Shown here in pieces: positions 11,141-19,589 of a DNA stretch of 64,000 nucleotides. Position 1 is the stretch's first letter; every line of letters starts with the position of its first letter. Where the stretch lies: NCBI GenBank assembly GCA_963763775.1, contig CAVXPZ010000001.1, positions 800,001 to 864,000 of the forward strand, read 5' to 3'. Source of the stretch: an uncultured Chloroflexia bacterium. Its GTDB lineage: Bacteria > Chloroflexota > Limnocylindria > Limnocylindrales > CSP1-4. The position numbers were made by a program, and so were the translations under genes. The notes under the pieces are model-generated. The model did no database searches, was not told the DNA's origin, and was given only the letters and a program-made list of their open reading frames with translations.

Positions 11141-12135
11141 GTCGATCCTCGGTTCGTCGCGGGGGTCACGGTGGATGCGGGGGCGGGCTCCTCGACGGGA
11201 TGTCGGAAGCCGTGGATCGCTCGTCGGACGTCGTCGGGTTCGACGATGCCTGCAGCGGCGAGACCGGCCAGGTAGGCCCTGCGGCGCTCGATGTCGAGCT
11301 CGAGGTCGCCGGCGCGGACGCCGATCCGGACCGCGAGCTCGGGGGCGATCGCCCAGCCGAACTGTTCGAAGGCGTCGGTGCCCGGGTCCCAGGTCGCGAG
11401 GACCGCCGGCCCGAGCCGTTGGAGATGCCCGTGGACGTCGCGGGCCATCGGCCGGACGTAGTGGGCCGCGACGACGCGTCGACGCCCATCGCCGACCTGC
11501 CGCAGCACGAGCACCACCCCGAGCCACGACAGCTCGTCGTCCGCGAGACCGACCGGAGCCCGGCGGAGCGCGGCGAACACGTCGTCGAGCGAGTCGCCCT
11601 CCGTCGTGGCCGCAAGCCCATACCCCACCGATGCCGCCCGGACGGCGAGCCGGGCCGAATCGCCCCACGTGGACGAGGGCAGGCCCTCCGCGAGGTCGGC
11701 GGCAAGGAGCACGGTCGAGTCCGGGCGGACCGGTGGCGTATCCGATCGCGCCAGGCGACGGCCTGTCGACCATCCCAGCTCCGACGCCTGGGGCAGCCAG
11801 TCGAAGGTCTCGCCCGAACCGGCCAGTTCGACGACCCGGAGCCCGGGAGGGACGAAGTCCAGCAGGCCGGTCAGCAACGTCGTGCGACCGACGCCCGGTC
11901 CCGCCCCGGTGACGATGATGGGGACGCGGCCTTCGAGCAGGACCCAGACCGTGGCCGCCAGCTCGGCGTCGATCGTCCCATCGCGGATCGACGCGACGAT
12001 GGATCGCGGCTCGGGCGGGATCGGGCGGAAGGCCCACCCGCCCCCAGGCGGGGACGCTTCGGCCACAGGAGGCTCCGAAAAGAGGGTTTCGCGGTTCGGG
12101 GCGGCCAGCGTACGGCGGGGCCTGAGGACCGTCAA
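11137..12135 (-). CDS. Degenerate type II/IV secretion (VirB11/TadA-like) ATPase
   Basis: GTIDAELAA..W helix, Walker A-like GAGPGVGRTTLL, RVVEL and GYGLAAT segments; stop overlaps the AAA start (ATGA). Start codon uncertain. Confidence 0.6.
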   Translation of the reverse strand: MTVLRPRRTLAAPNRETLFSEPPVAEASPPGGGWAFRPIPPEPRSIVASIRDGTIDAELAATVWVLLEGRVPIIVTGAGPGVGRTTLLTGLLDFVPPGLRVVELAGSGETFDWLPQASELGWSTGRRLARSDTPPVRPDSTVLLAADLAEGLPSSTWGDSARLAVRAASVGYGLAATTEGDSLDDVFAALRRAPVGLADDELSWLGVVLVLRQVGDGRRRVVAAHYVRPMARDVHGHLQRLGPAVLATWDPGTDAFEQFGWAIAPELAVRIGVRAGDLELDIERRRAYLAGLAAAGIVEPDDVRRAIHGFRHPVEEPAPASTVTPATNRGST

Positions 12136-12224
12136 ACAGCCATCTGCGCCGGCCGACCCCGGACCTCCGGACGGCGGGGAACCGTACGAGTTTCCCGGTC
12201 CGCCCCGGACCAGCCGCCCCTACC

Positions 12225-13352
12225 GTGAGGTGGTCGGGTGCCCATGTCTTGGAGGTCGAGGTTTTCGTGGACCCATACGGCACCCTTGGCGCCCAGTTCT
12301 GCGAGCAGTGCGGCCTGCACCGCGACCAGCTCGGCGACGAGAGCGTGGCCCCCTTGCGCGAATGCGGGTCGTGCGGACGCGTCGTCTGCCCGAACTGCTG
12401 GAACCTCGTCGGCAAGACATGCCTGCGCTGCACGCCCTTCGTGCTGCCGATCAGCGAGCCCGTCGCCGCGATCGCACCGGTCGTCGCGGCCGAGGCGGCC
12501 GCGACCGAGCCGCCGGCCAAGGAGAAGCGGGTCCGCCGCGGCAAGGCCAAGGCTCCGGCGGTGGAAACCGTCGTGACGGCAAGTGCCGTGGCCGCGTCCG
12601 CGGGACCGCCCGACCCAGGACCGGTCGTCGGCACCGGTGCCGACACGCCGCCGGCGGTCGTTGTCGCGGCCGTCGCCAAACCCCGGCCGGCCAAGGCGCC
12701 GACGGTCAAGACACCGTCCCTCCCGGGCCGGCGCAAGGCCGCCGCGGCCGTCGCCCCGGTCGCCGCGGTCGAGTGGCCCGATCGATCCGTCGAGTGGCAG
12801 ACCCGACCGGGGATGCCCGAGGTCGCCCCCCGGCCGCTCCCGGCGACGCCGGCGCCCGCGCCCGCGCCCGTCGCTCCCGCCGCCGCCACGGCCGCCATCA
12901 AGCCTGCTGGGACGGGCCGGTCGACACGGCCCGGTCGGTTCGCGAGCCTCCTCGGGTTTCTCGTGGTCGTCGTGGCGCTCTTCGGGGTCGCCGGCATCTC
13001 CCTGGCCGCGCTCGGCCGGTTGCCGGTCGGACGTGTCGAGGTCCAGCCCGCGATCGAGGAGCCGACGCCGATGATCACGGCCGCACCGACGGCCCCGGTC
13101 GTGACCCCTGTCCCGGCCACCGCGAAGCCGCGGAACACGACGAAGGCCGACTCGAAGCCCTCGACGAAGGGCTCTTCGGGCGGCGGCTCGAGCCAGGGTG
13201 GCGCGAAGGCGACGCCGAAACCGCGCGAGACCACCGCGACCGGCGGCACAGGCTTCGCGACGCCCAAGCCCACGCCGAAGCCGACGCCAGTGCCGACGCC
13301 GGATCCGACCCCGGAGCCCACGCCCGAGCCGACGCCCGAGCCGACGCCCTGA
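12225..13352 (+). CDS. Membrane protein with N-terminal 8-Cys zinc finger, Ala/Pro linker, TM helix and Pro/Thr-rich tail
   Basis: CEQC...CGSCGRVVCPNC...CLRC; TM FASLLGFLVVVVALFGVAGISLAAL; C-terminal PTPE repeats. Start uncertain. Confidence 0.7.
   Translation: MRWSGAHVLEVEVFVDPYGTLGAQFCEQCGLHRDQLGDESVAPLRECGSCGRVVCPNCWNLVGKTCLRCTPFVLPISEPVAAIAPVVAAEAAATEPPAKEKRVRRGKAKAPAVETVVTASAVAASAGPPDPGPVVGTGADTPPAVVVAAVAKPRPAKAPTVKTPSLPGRRKAAAAVAPVAAVEWPDRSVEWQTRPGMPEVAPRPLPATPAPAPAPVAPAAATAAIKPAGTGRSTRPGRFASLLGFLVVVVALFGVAGISLAALGRLPVGRVEVQPAIEEPTPMITAAPTAPVVTPVPATAKPRNTTKADSKPSTKGSSGGGSSQGGAKATPKPRETTATGGTGFATPKPTPKPTPVPTPDPTPEPTPEPTPEPTP
13260..13349 (+). repeat. Coding 12-nt tandem repeats (PTPK/PTPE)
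   Basis: Imperfect ccgacgcccgag units encoding a Pro/Thr stalk. Confidence 0.7.
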
Positions 13353-13420
13353 CGACGGAGCGGCGCGCCGCCGCCCGATCCATGTCGCGACCCGGCAAGT
13401 CCGAGGGGTAGCATCCCGGC

Positions 13421-14027
13421 GTGGCCGCCACCCGTCCGACCCTGGAGAATCCTGCCCCTGACGCCCGACCGCGTCGCCGACCTTGCCGACCTGTTCGGCC
13501 AGGGCGGCGACCCCAAGTGGTGCTGGTGCGCGTACTTCCGGGTGCGCGGCCGGGACTGGACGAACTCGACGGCGGCGGACAACCGCGAGGTCCTCGAAGG
13601 CGCGGTCAGCACGGACGCGACGGCGGGCCGCGCACCCGGCCTCGTCGCCTATGTCGGGACCGAGGCCGTCGGCTGGACGAGCGTGGGGCCGCGCGAGGAC
13701 TACGAGCGGCTCGCCTTCTCCAAGGTCCTGGCACCCGTCGATGCCACGCCCGTCTGGTCGATCGTGTGCTTCGTGGTCGGCCGGCGCTCCCGCGGCCAGG
13801 GCGTCGCCGCGGCGCTCCTCGACGCAGCCGTCGACTATGCCCGGGACCAGGGCGCCACGACGCTGGAGGCCTACCCCGTGGACGTCGCCGAGGGCGCCCG
13901 GATCCCGTCCGCGAACGTCTACCACGGCACGCTGTCGATGTTCGAACGAGCCGGCTTCGAGGTCGTCGAGCGCCGGCAGGCCAACGCCGCCAGCCCGGTG
14001 CGACCGATCGTCCGCCTGGCGCTGTAG
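13421..14027 (+). CDS. GNAT acetyltransferase with CWC motif (frameshift near 13450)
   Basis: KWCWCAYFR, VWSIVCFVV, RGQGVAAALL, LEAYP and G..SMFERAGF motifs. Confidence 0.85.
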
Positions 14028-14077
14028 GGCGACGTCTACGTCATCCGACGCAGCCTGGTCCGAGTCGTCCGTCGGGG

Positions 14078-14107
14078 TTGACACCGGTCCCGCGACCGGC
14101 ATAGACT
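14078..14107 (+). promoter_or_regulatory. Sigma70 promoter with an inverted repeat in the spacer
   Basis: TTGACA-N18-TAGACT; the spacer contains CCGGTC-ccgc-GACCGG. Confidence 0.7.
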
Positions 14108-14164
14108 CCCGGCCGGCGTGCATGTCGCCCGCTCTCGTCTAGCTCATCAGGAGGCGGCTCCAGG

Positions 14165-14248
14165 ATGAAGATGAACCACCTTCTCCGACGCACGACCGCG
14201 CCGATCGGCGCCGTCGTTGACGGGAGATCTGCGCCCATCTCGAGCTAG
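14165..14248 (+). CDS. Putative leader peptide (27 aa, MKMNHLLRRTTAPIGAVVDGRSAPISS)
   Basis: AGGAGG at 14149-14154, 10 nt before the ATG; lies between the promoter and an intrinsic terminator. Confidence 0.55.
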   Translation: MKMNHLLRRTTAPIGAVVDGRSAPISS

Positions 14249-14284
14249 CCGCCGGCGGTACCACCGCCTTCCGGACAGACCACG

Positions 14285-14317
14285 AGCCGTGGGCCAGATC
14301 GGGCCCCCGGCTTTTTT
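14285..14317 (+). terminator. Intrinsic terminator (attenuator) in the 5' leader of the ABC operon
   Basis: Stem AGCCGTGGGCC/GGCCCCCGGCT (one mismatch), 6-nt loop, then TTTTTT. Confidence 0.75.
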
Positions 14318-14338
14318 GATGCCCTTCCCTGTCCGTCC

Positions 14339-14453
14339 GGACATGGACTCCAAGGACACCACGAGCCGCGAGGCCCACCCGACGAACCGTCGGATCGAGG
14401 CCCGCGGCTCGTCCCATGTCCAGCCCTCTCCACCCACTTGGAGTCCACCGTGA
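14339..14453 (+). promoter_or_regulatory. Structured translational-control region with anti-SD helix and a second uORF (14343-14453)
   Basis: TGGACTCCAAG (14344-14354) is the exact complement of CTTGGAGTCCA (14437-14447), which contains the SD. Competing stems are GGACATGG/CCATGTCC and ACGAGCCGCG/CGCGGCTCGT. Confidence 0.6.
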
Positions 14454-15334
14454 CCACGCTCATCGATCAACTGCAGAACGAGGCACCGGCGGTGCAGCCG
14501 GCCGCGTGGCCGGTGGTCGCGGGCGTCCCGGCGCTCCTCATCGAGGGCGTCAGCAAGCGCTTCGTGGTCGGCCGGGCGAAGAAGCCCGTCGCCGCCATCA
14601 CGAACGTCTCGCTGCGCCTGGAGCGCGGGGACATCCACGGCATCCTCGGGGCCAACGGGTCGGGGAAGTCGACCCTCATCCGCCTCATCTCGGGTCTGCT
14701 GACCCTCGACGAGGGCCGGGTGGAGGTCTTCGGCCACGACATCGAGCGCGAGGAGATGGCGGTCAAGCGCCTGATCAACCGGGTCAGCGTCGACGCCGCC
14801 TTCTTCAAGAAGCTCAGCCCGATGGAGAACCTGATGTTCGCGGCCCGGATCTACGGGCTCGACGGTCATGCCGCCAAGCGCGACGCCCTGGCCATCCTCG
14901 AACGGCTGGGTATCGGGGCGAAGCGCGTCGACCGGCCGATCGAGCAGATGAGCCGGGGGATGCAGCAGAAGGTCGCCATCGCGCGAGCCCTGCTGACGAG
15001 CCCGACGCTGCTGCTCCTCGACGAGCCCACGACCGGCCTCGACCCGCGCTCGAAGTTGGACGTCCAGAGCTTCATCGAGGAGCTCCGGGTCACCCACGAC
15101 ACCACGATCGTCCTGACCACGCATGACCTCGCGGAGGCGGAGCGCCTCTGCCGCCACATCACCGTCCTCGACGGCGGCCGCGTCGTCGCCGAGGACACAC
15201 CGGATGGCCTCAAGGCCCTGGTCGCCCAGCGACTCGGCCGGCCGGCCACCCTCGAAGACGTGTTCATGACCTACACGGGCCGCTCCCTCGACGAGGACCT
15301 CGACGAGGACGAGTCGGATCCCGATGACGACTGA
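14450..15334 (+). CDS. ABC exporter ATP-binding subunit (DrrA-like)
   Basis: GANGSGKST, signature MSRGMQQK, LLLDEPTTGLD, LTTH and TLEDVF. Confidence 0.93.
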   Translation: MTTLIDQLQNEAPAVQPAAWPVVAGVPALLIEGVSKRFVVGRAKKPVAAITNVSLRLERGDIHGILGANGSGKSTLIRLISGLLTLDEGRVEVFGHDIEREEMAVKRLINRVSVDAAFFKKLSPMENLMFAARIYGLDGHAAKRDALAILERLGIGAKRVDRPIEQMSRGMQQKVAIARALLTSPTLLLLDEPTTGLDPRSKLDVQSFIEELRVTHDTTIVLTTHDLAEAERLCRHITVLDGGRVVAEDTPDGLKALVAQRLGRPATLEDVFMTYTGRSLDEDLDEDESDPDDD

Positions 15335-15350
15335 AAGGAGGTGAGAACAG

Positions 15351-15545
15351 ATGCAATCACAGCAGCCATGGCTGGCCCTCTTGCTCGTGCATGAGCGCCA
15401 CCAGCGGGAAGTCGATCACGTCGCCCGACAGCGACGGCACGGCCTCCCCGCCACGTCCCTTCGCCGGGCCGTGGGTCACCGGATCATCGCGATCGGTGCC
15501 CGCGTCGCGGCGGAGCCATCACTCGAGCTGGCTCGGTCCCGCTGA
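15351..15545 (+). CDS. Small hypothetical protein (64 aa) inside the ABC operon
   Basis: Very strong RBS (AAAGGAGGTGA) and the ORF fills the gap between ATPase and permease. Confidence 0.7.
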   Translation: MQSQQPWLALLLVHERHQREVDHVARQRRHGLPATSLRRAVGHRIIAIGARVAAEPSLELARSR

Positions 15546-15580
15546 GGGGCCGGGCCGGCTCTCCCGCCAGGAGACATCCG

Positions 15581-16378
15581 ATGATCGCCCATGAGCTGAA
15601 GGCCTCGTACGCCTTCATGGAGCGCAACTTCAATCTCACACGACGCTACTGGGGCTGGGAACTCGCGTTCCTGGTCTATTCGGTGGCGGGCGCGCTCTCG
15701 ATCTCGCTCATCGGCGTCCAGCAGGGCAGCACGGAGCTGCTGCTCTCGCTGATGATCGGGGCGATCTTCTGGAACTACCTCTCGGTGGTGTTCAGCTGGA
15801 TCGCCGAGACCGTGTCCGTCGAGCGCTGGGAAGGGACCCTCGAGTACACGTTCATGGCCCCCGTGCGCCGCTGGTCCCAGCTCTTCGGCCAGGTGTCCTA
15901 CGCGATGCTGTACGGCCTGGTCCACACGGCGGTGATCTTCGTCGTCCTGATGGTGTTCTTCCGCCAGCTGGACCTGTCGGGGGCGAACCCCGCCACGACG
16001 GTCACGTTCATGCTGCTCGGCTCGTTCAGCTTCGTCGGGATCGGGATGATCGCCGCCATCCTGCCGCTGCTCTACGTCGAGCGCGGCGCGCAGATGACGT
16101 TCGTCCTCCAGTCGTGCCTGCTGCTCGTCAGCGGCGTGTACTACTCGGTCGACATCCTGCCGCCGTGGATGCAGGTGCTGTCCCGCCTGTCGCCCGCGAC
16201 GTACGTGCTCGACGGGGTGCGGGCCGGCCTCATCGACGGCGTCCCCGTCAGCGACCTGATGCACGACGTCTGGCCGCTGATCGTGATGGGGATCGTGCTG
16301 ATCCCGTTCGGCCTGTGGGCCTTCGGGCGGGCCGAGCGCTATGCGAAGCGCACCGGCAAGCTCAAGCGAGTGGGCTGA
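15581..16378 (+). CDS. ABC-2 type permease
   Basis: ERWEGTLE motif, SGVYYSVDILPPWMQ..S..SP.TY, six TM helices. Confidence 0.92.
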   Translation: MIAHELKASYAFMERNFNLTRRYWGWELAFLVYSVAGALSISLIGVQQGSTELLLSLMIGAIFWNYLSVVFSWIAETVSVERWEGTLEYTFMAPVRRWSQLFGQVSYAMLYGLVHTAVIFVVLMVFFRQLDLSGANPATTVTFMLLGSFSFVGIGMIAAILPLLYVERGAQMTFVLQSCLLLVSGVYYSVDILPPWMQVLSRLSPATYVLDGVRAGLIDGVPVSDLMHDVWPLIVMGIVLIPFGLWAFGRAERYAKRTGKLKRVG

Positions 16379-16381
16379 GCG

Positions 16382-17530
16382 ATGACGACGCCGATCGACC
16401 ACACCGACCCGGGCCTCACCGATCTCGGCTGGGACGCCGGCTGGGCCGACGCCTTCGCGCCGTTCGCGGCCACGGGGCGTCGGCCCGCGCGCGTCCTCGC
16501 CGTCCACAAGGAGACCTCGATCGTGGCCGACGCCACCGGTCGCTCCCGGAGTGCGGGCGTCTCGGGACGCTTCCGGTTCGAGGCGCTCGCCTCGTCGGAC
16601 TACCCCTCGGTCGGTGACTGGGTCGCCCTCGAACCGGACGCGGTCGCGGACCATCCCACGGACGGTGACCAGGCCGTGATCGCGGCCGTGCTGCCGCGCC
16701 GTTCCGCGTTCCGGCGCAGCGCCGCCGACGCGAGTCGCCGCACGTCCGGACTCCTCGCCGACGAGCAGGTCATGGCCTCGAACGTGGACCTGGCCTTGCT
16801 CGTGGCCGGCCTCGACGGCGACTTCAACCTCCGTCGGCAGGAGCGCTACCTGGCCGTCGCCTGGTCGAGCGGTGTGACGCCGGTCGTCGTGCTCAACAAG
16901 GCCGACATCGGCCGCGATGTCGAAGGCCGGCGTCTCGCGATCGAGGCCATCGCGCCGGGCGTGCCGATCCTGACGCTCTCGGCCCTGACCGGCGACCACG
17001 TGGCCGACCTGTCGGATCACCTCTGGCCGGGCCGGACCGCCGTCGTGCTCGGGTCGTCCGGCGTCGGGAAGTCGACCCTCGTGAACACGCTGCTCGGCGA
17101 CGCTCGGCAGGCCGTCGCCGCGGTCCGCGACGACGACTCGCGCGGCCGCCACACGACGACGCATCGCGAGCTGTTCCGCCTCCCCGGCGGCGCGCTCCTC
17201 ATCGATACCCCGGGGATCCGCTCGCTGGAGGTCGCCGGTGCGGACGAGGGCGTCGATGCCGCGTTCGAGGACGTGGCGGCGATCGCCGCGGACTGTCGGT
17301 TCAGCGACTGCCGCCATGCCGGCGAGCCCGGGTGCGCGATCCGGGAGGCGCTCGCCGACGGTCGCCTCTCGGAGGAGCGACTGCGCAGCCACGACAAGCT
17401 CGAACGCGAGCTCGCGCACGCCGAGCGCAAGGAGGACCCGCGGGCGCGGGCGGCGCACAAGCGCGAGTGGCGCCTCATCCACAAGGCCGTCAACCAGCAC
17501 ATGGACCGCAAGTACGGAGCCGACCGATGA
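16382..17530 (+). CDS. rsgA: Ribosome small subunit-dependent GTPase A
   Basis: VGDWV OB-fold motif, NKAD, GSSGVGKST, GRHTTT, DTPG and Zn motif CRFSDCRHAGEPGC. Confidence 0.95.
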   Translation: MTTPIDHTDPGLTDLGWDAGWADAFAPFAATGRRPARVLAVHKETSIVADATGRSRSAGVSGRFRFEALASSDYPSVGDWVALEPDAVADHPTDGDQAVIAAVLPRRSAFRRSAADASRRTSGLLADEQVMASNVDLALLVAGLDGDFNLRRQERYLAVAWSSGVTPVVVLNKADIGRDVEGRRLAIEAIAPGVPILTLSALTGDHVADLSDHLWPGRTAVVLGSSGVGKSTLVNTLLGDARQAVAAVRDDDSRGRHTTTHRELFRLPGGALLIDTPGIRSLEVAGADEGVDAAFEDVAAIAADCRFSDCRHAGEPGCAIREALADGRLSEERLRSHDKLERELAHAERKEDPRARAAHKREWRLIHKAVNQHMDRKYGADR

Positions 17531-18576
17531 CCACGCCATCGATGGACGAGACCGAGATCGAGGTCCCGGGACGCCCCGACATCCCGGGTCTGCGCTTCCG
17601 CCACTTCCGCGGCCCGTCTGACTACCGGGGCATGGCCGAGGCGAATCAGGCCGCCCGGGACGCTGCAGGCTCGCTGGACGTCGTCAACGAGGCCAGCATG
17701 GCGCTCCAGTACGCCACCCTCGTCAACAGCGACACGCACGACGACCTCCTGATCGTCGAGCTCGACACCACGATCATCGGGTACGCCCGCGTCGAGTGGC
17801 GCGAGGCGATCGAGGGGCCGCGCTACCTCAACGCCATCTGCCTCCTGCACCCCGCCCACCGCCGTCGGGGGATCGGCGGCGCGATGCTGGCCTGGGAGGA
17901 GCGTCGGATGCTCGCGATCGCGGCCTCGCTGCCGGGCGACACGCAAGCCGCGATGCGCGCTTGGACCTGGGACACCGATGCCGGGGCGAGCGCGCTCTTC
18001 GAGCGTCGGGGATGGACGCCGCAGGGGCGCGGCTACGAGATGGTCCGCCCGACCCTCGACGACATCCCCGACGTGCCGCTGCCGGACCACTTCGAGATCC
18101 GCCTCGTCGGGCCGGCCGACGACCGACGCGTGTGGGACGCGTCCGCCGAGGCGTTCCGCGACGAGCGCGGGGAGGGCGCCTGGGACGAGGGAGACTGGCA
18201 GCGCCATATCGGCGACCCGTACCGCGACCCGACGCTCTGGGCCGTCGCGTTCTTCGGCGACGAGGTCGCGGGCGGGGTCCATGGCCGCATCGACCCCGAC
18301 GAGAACGCCCACCTCGGCGTCCAGCAGGGCCTCATCGCGGGCGTCTGGACGCGTCGGCCGTACCGGCGGCGCGGCCTCGCCAGAGCGCTGCTCGCCCGCG
18401 TGCTGGTGCTGCTCCGCGAGCGCGGCATGACCAGCGCGCATCTCGGCGTGGACGGCCTCAACCCGAACCAGGCCCTCGATCTGTACGAGTCCCTGGGCTT
18501 CCGGATCCACACCAGCGAGACCGACTGGGCCAAGCCGGTGCCGCGCGACGCGACGCCCATCGAGGAGGCACCATGA
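17527..18576 (+). CDS. Tandem-GNAT acetyltransferase (MshD-like fold)
   Basis: Two acetyl-CoA motifs (HRRRGIG, YRRRGLA); LGVD..NP..ALDLYESLGF; ATGA coupling to rsgA. Confidence 0.85.
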   Translation: MTTPSMDETEIEVPGRPDIPGLRFRHFRGPSDYRGMAEANQAARDAAGSLDVVNEASMALQYATLVNSDTHDDLLIVELDTTIIGYARVEWREAIEGPRYLNAICLLHPAHRRRGIGGAMLAWEERRMLAIAASLPGDTQAAMRAWTWDTDAGASALFERRGWTPQGRGYEMVRPTLDDIPDVPLPDHFEIRLVGPADDRRVWDASAEAFRDERGEGAWDEGDWQRHIGDPYRDPTLWAVAFFGDEVAGGVHGRIDPDENAHLGVQQGLIAGVWTRRPYRRRGLARALLARVLVLLRERGMTSAHLGVDGLNPNQALDLYESLGFRIHTSETDWAKPVPRDATPIEEAP

Positions 18577-19589
18577 CCACCGTGACCGAGACCCGCTGGC
18601 TCGAGCTGCCCGGCATGCCCGCCGTCGACGGGCTCCGCGCCCGGCGCTTCCGCGACGCCGACGACTTCGAGCGCATGGCCGAGGTCATGCGGGCGGCCAA
18701 CCAGCAGGACGACGTCCCATGGATGCCGACCGCGGGCAATCTCGCCGTCGAGATGGCGGGCAACGAGCGCATCGTCCCGGCGGACGACGTGGTCATCGTC
18801 GAGCTCGACGGCCGGGCGGTCGCGATGACCGAGGTCTGGCGGGTCGTGCGCCCCGACCAGGTCGTGTTCGAGGTCATCGGCTTCGTCGCGCCCGACGTCC
18901 GCGGTCGTGGCATCGGCGCGGCGCTGCTCACGGAGAACCTCCGGCGCGCCGAGGAACGGGCGGCGCTCGAACCGGTCGGCACCGCGACCGCGATCCGGGC
19001 CTTCGCCGACCAGGGCGAGGCCGCGAGCCGCCGCCTGCTGGATCGCCGCGGGTTCGTCGCGATCCGGCACTTCTTCCTGATGCGCCGGCCGGACCTCGCG
19101 ACCGTGCCCGAGATGGCCCTGCCCGACGGCCTGGAGCTGCGCCCGATGACGCCCGACCAGCACCGGGCGGTCTTCGACGCCGAGGCGGAGGCGTTCCAGG
19201 ATCACTGGGGGAACCGCGACTGGACCGACGACGACTTCCGCACGACCTACGCCCGCGAGGAGCTCGACACCGACCTGTGGGTCGTCGCCTGGGACGGCGA
19301 CCAGGTGGCCGGCGTCGTCCAGACCTGGATCTGGCCCGAGGAGAACGAGCGGCTCGGCGTCAAGCGAGGCTGGCTCGAGCACATCAGCGTCCGCCGGCCA
19401 TGGCGGCGCCGAGGGCTCGCTCGGGCGATCTCGGCGGCCGCCATGGTCCGCCTGCGGGCGGCCGGGATGGACGAAGCGATGCTCGGCGTCGACTCGGAGA
19501 ACCCGAACGGGGCGCTCGGGCTCTACGAGGGCCTCGGCTTCGAGATCTTCACCCGGGCCGCCGCGTACGAGCTGTCCGAGCGCGCCTAG
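18573..19589 (+). CDS. Tandem-GNAT acetyltransferase, paralog of the upstream gene
   Basis: VRGRGIG and WRRRGLA motifs; LGVDSENPNGALGLYEGLGF; start MTTVTET coupled by ATGA. Confidence 0.85.
   Translation: MTTVTETRWLELPGMPAVDGLRARRFRDADDFERMAEVMRAANQQDDVPWMPTAGNLAVEMAGNERIVPADDVVIVELDGRAVAMTEVWRVVRPDQVVFEVIGFVAPDVRGRGIGAALLTENLRRAEERAALEPVGTATAIRAFADQGEAASRRLLDRRGFVAIRHFFLMRRPDLATVPEMALPDGLELRPMTPDQHRAVFDAEAEAFQDHWGNRDWTDDDFRTTYAREELDTDLWVVAWDGDQVAGVVQTWIWPEENERLGVKRGWLEHISVRRPWRRRGLARAISAAAMVRLRAAGMDEAMLGVDSENPNGALGLYEGLGFEIFTRAAAYELSERA

Noticed and set aside
14245-14275. T-box-like GGTGGTACCGC
   Set aside because: The match is on the minus strand with no downstream gene. The plus strand has CGG rather than the UGG needed to pair with tRNA CCA, and no Stem I or specifier loop is seen. 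It is a simple hairpin.
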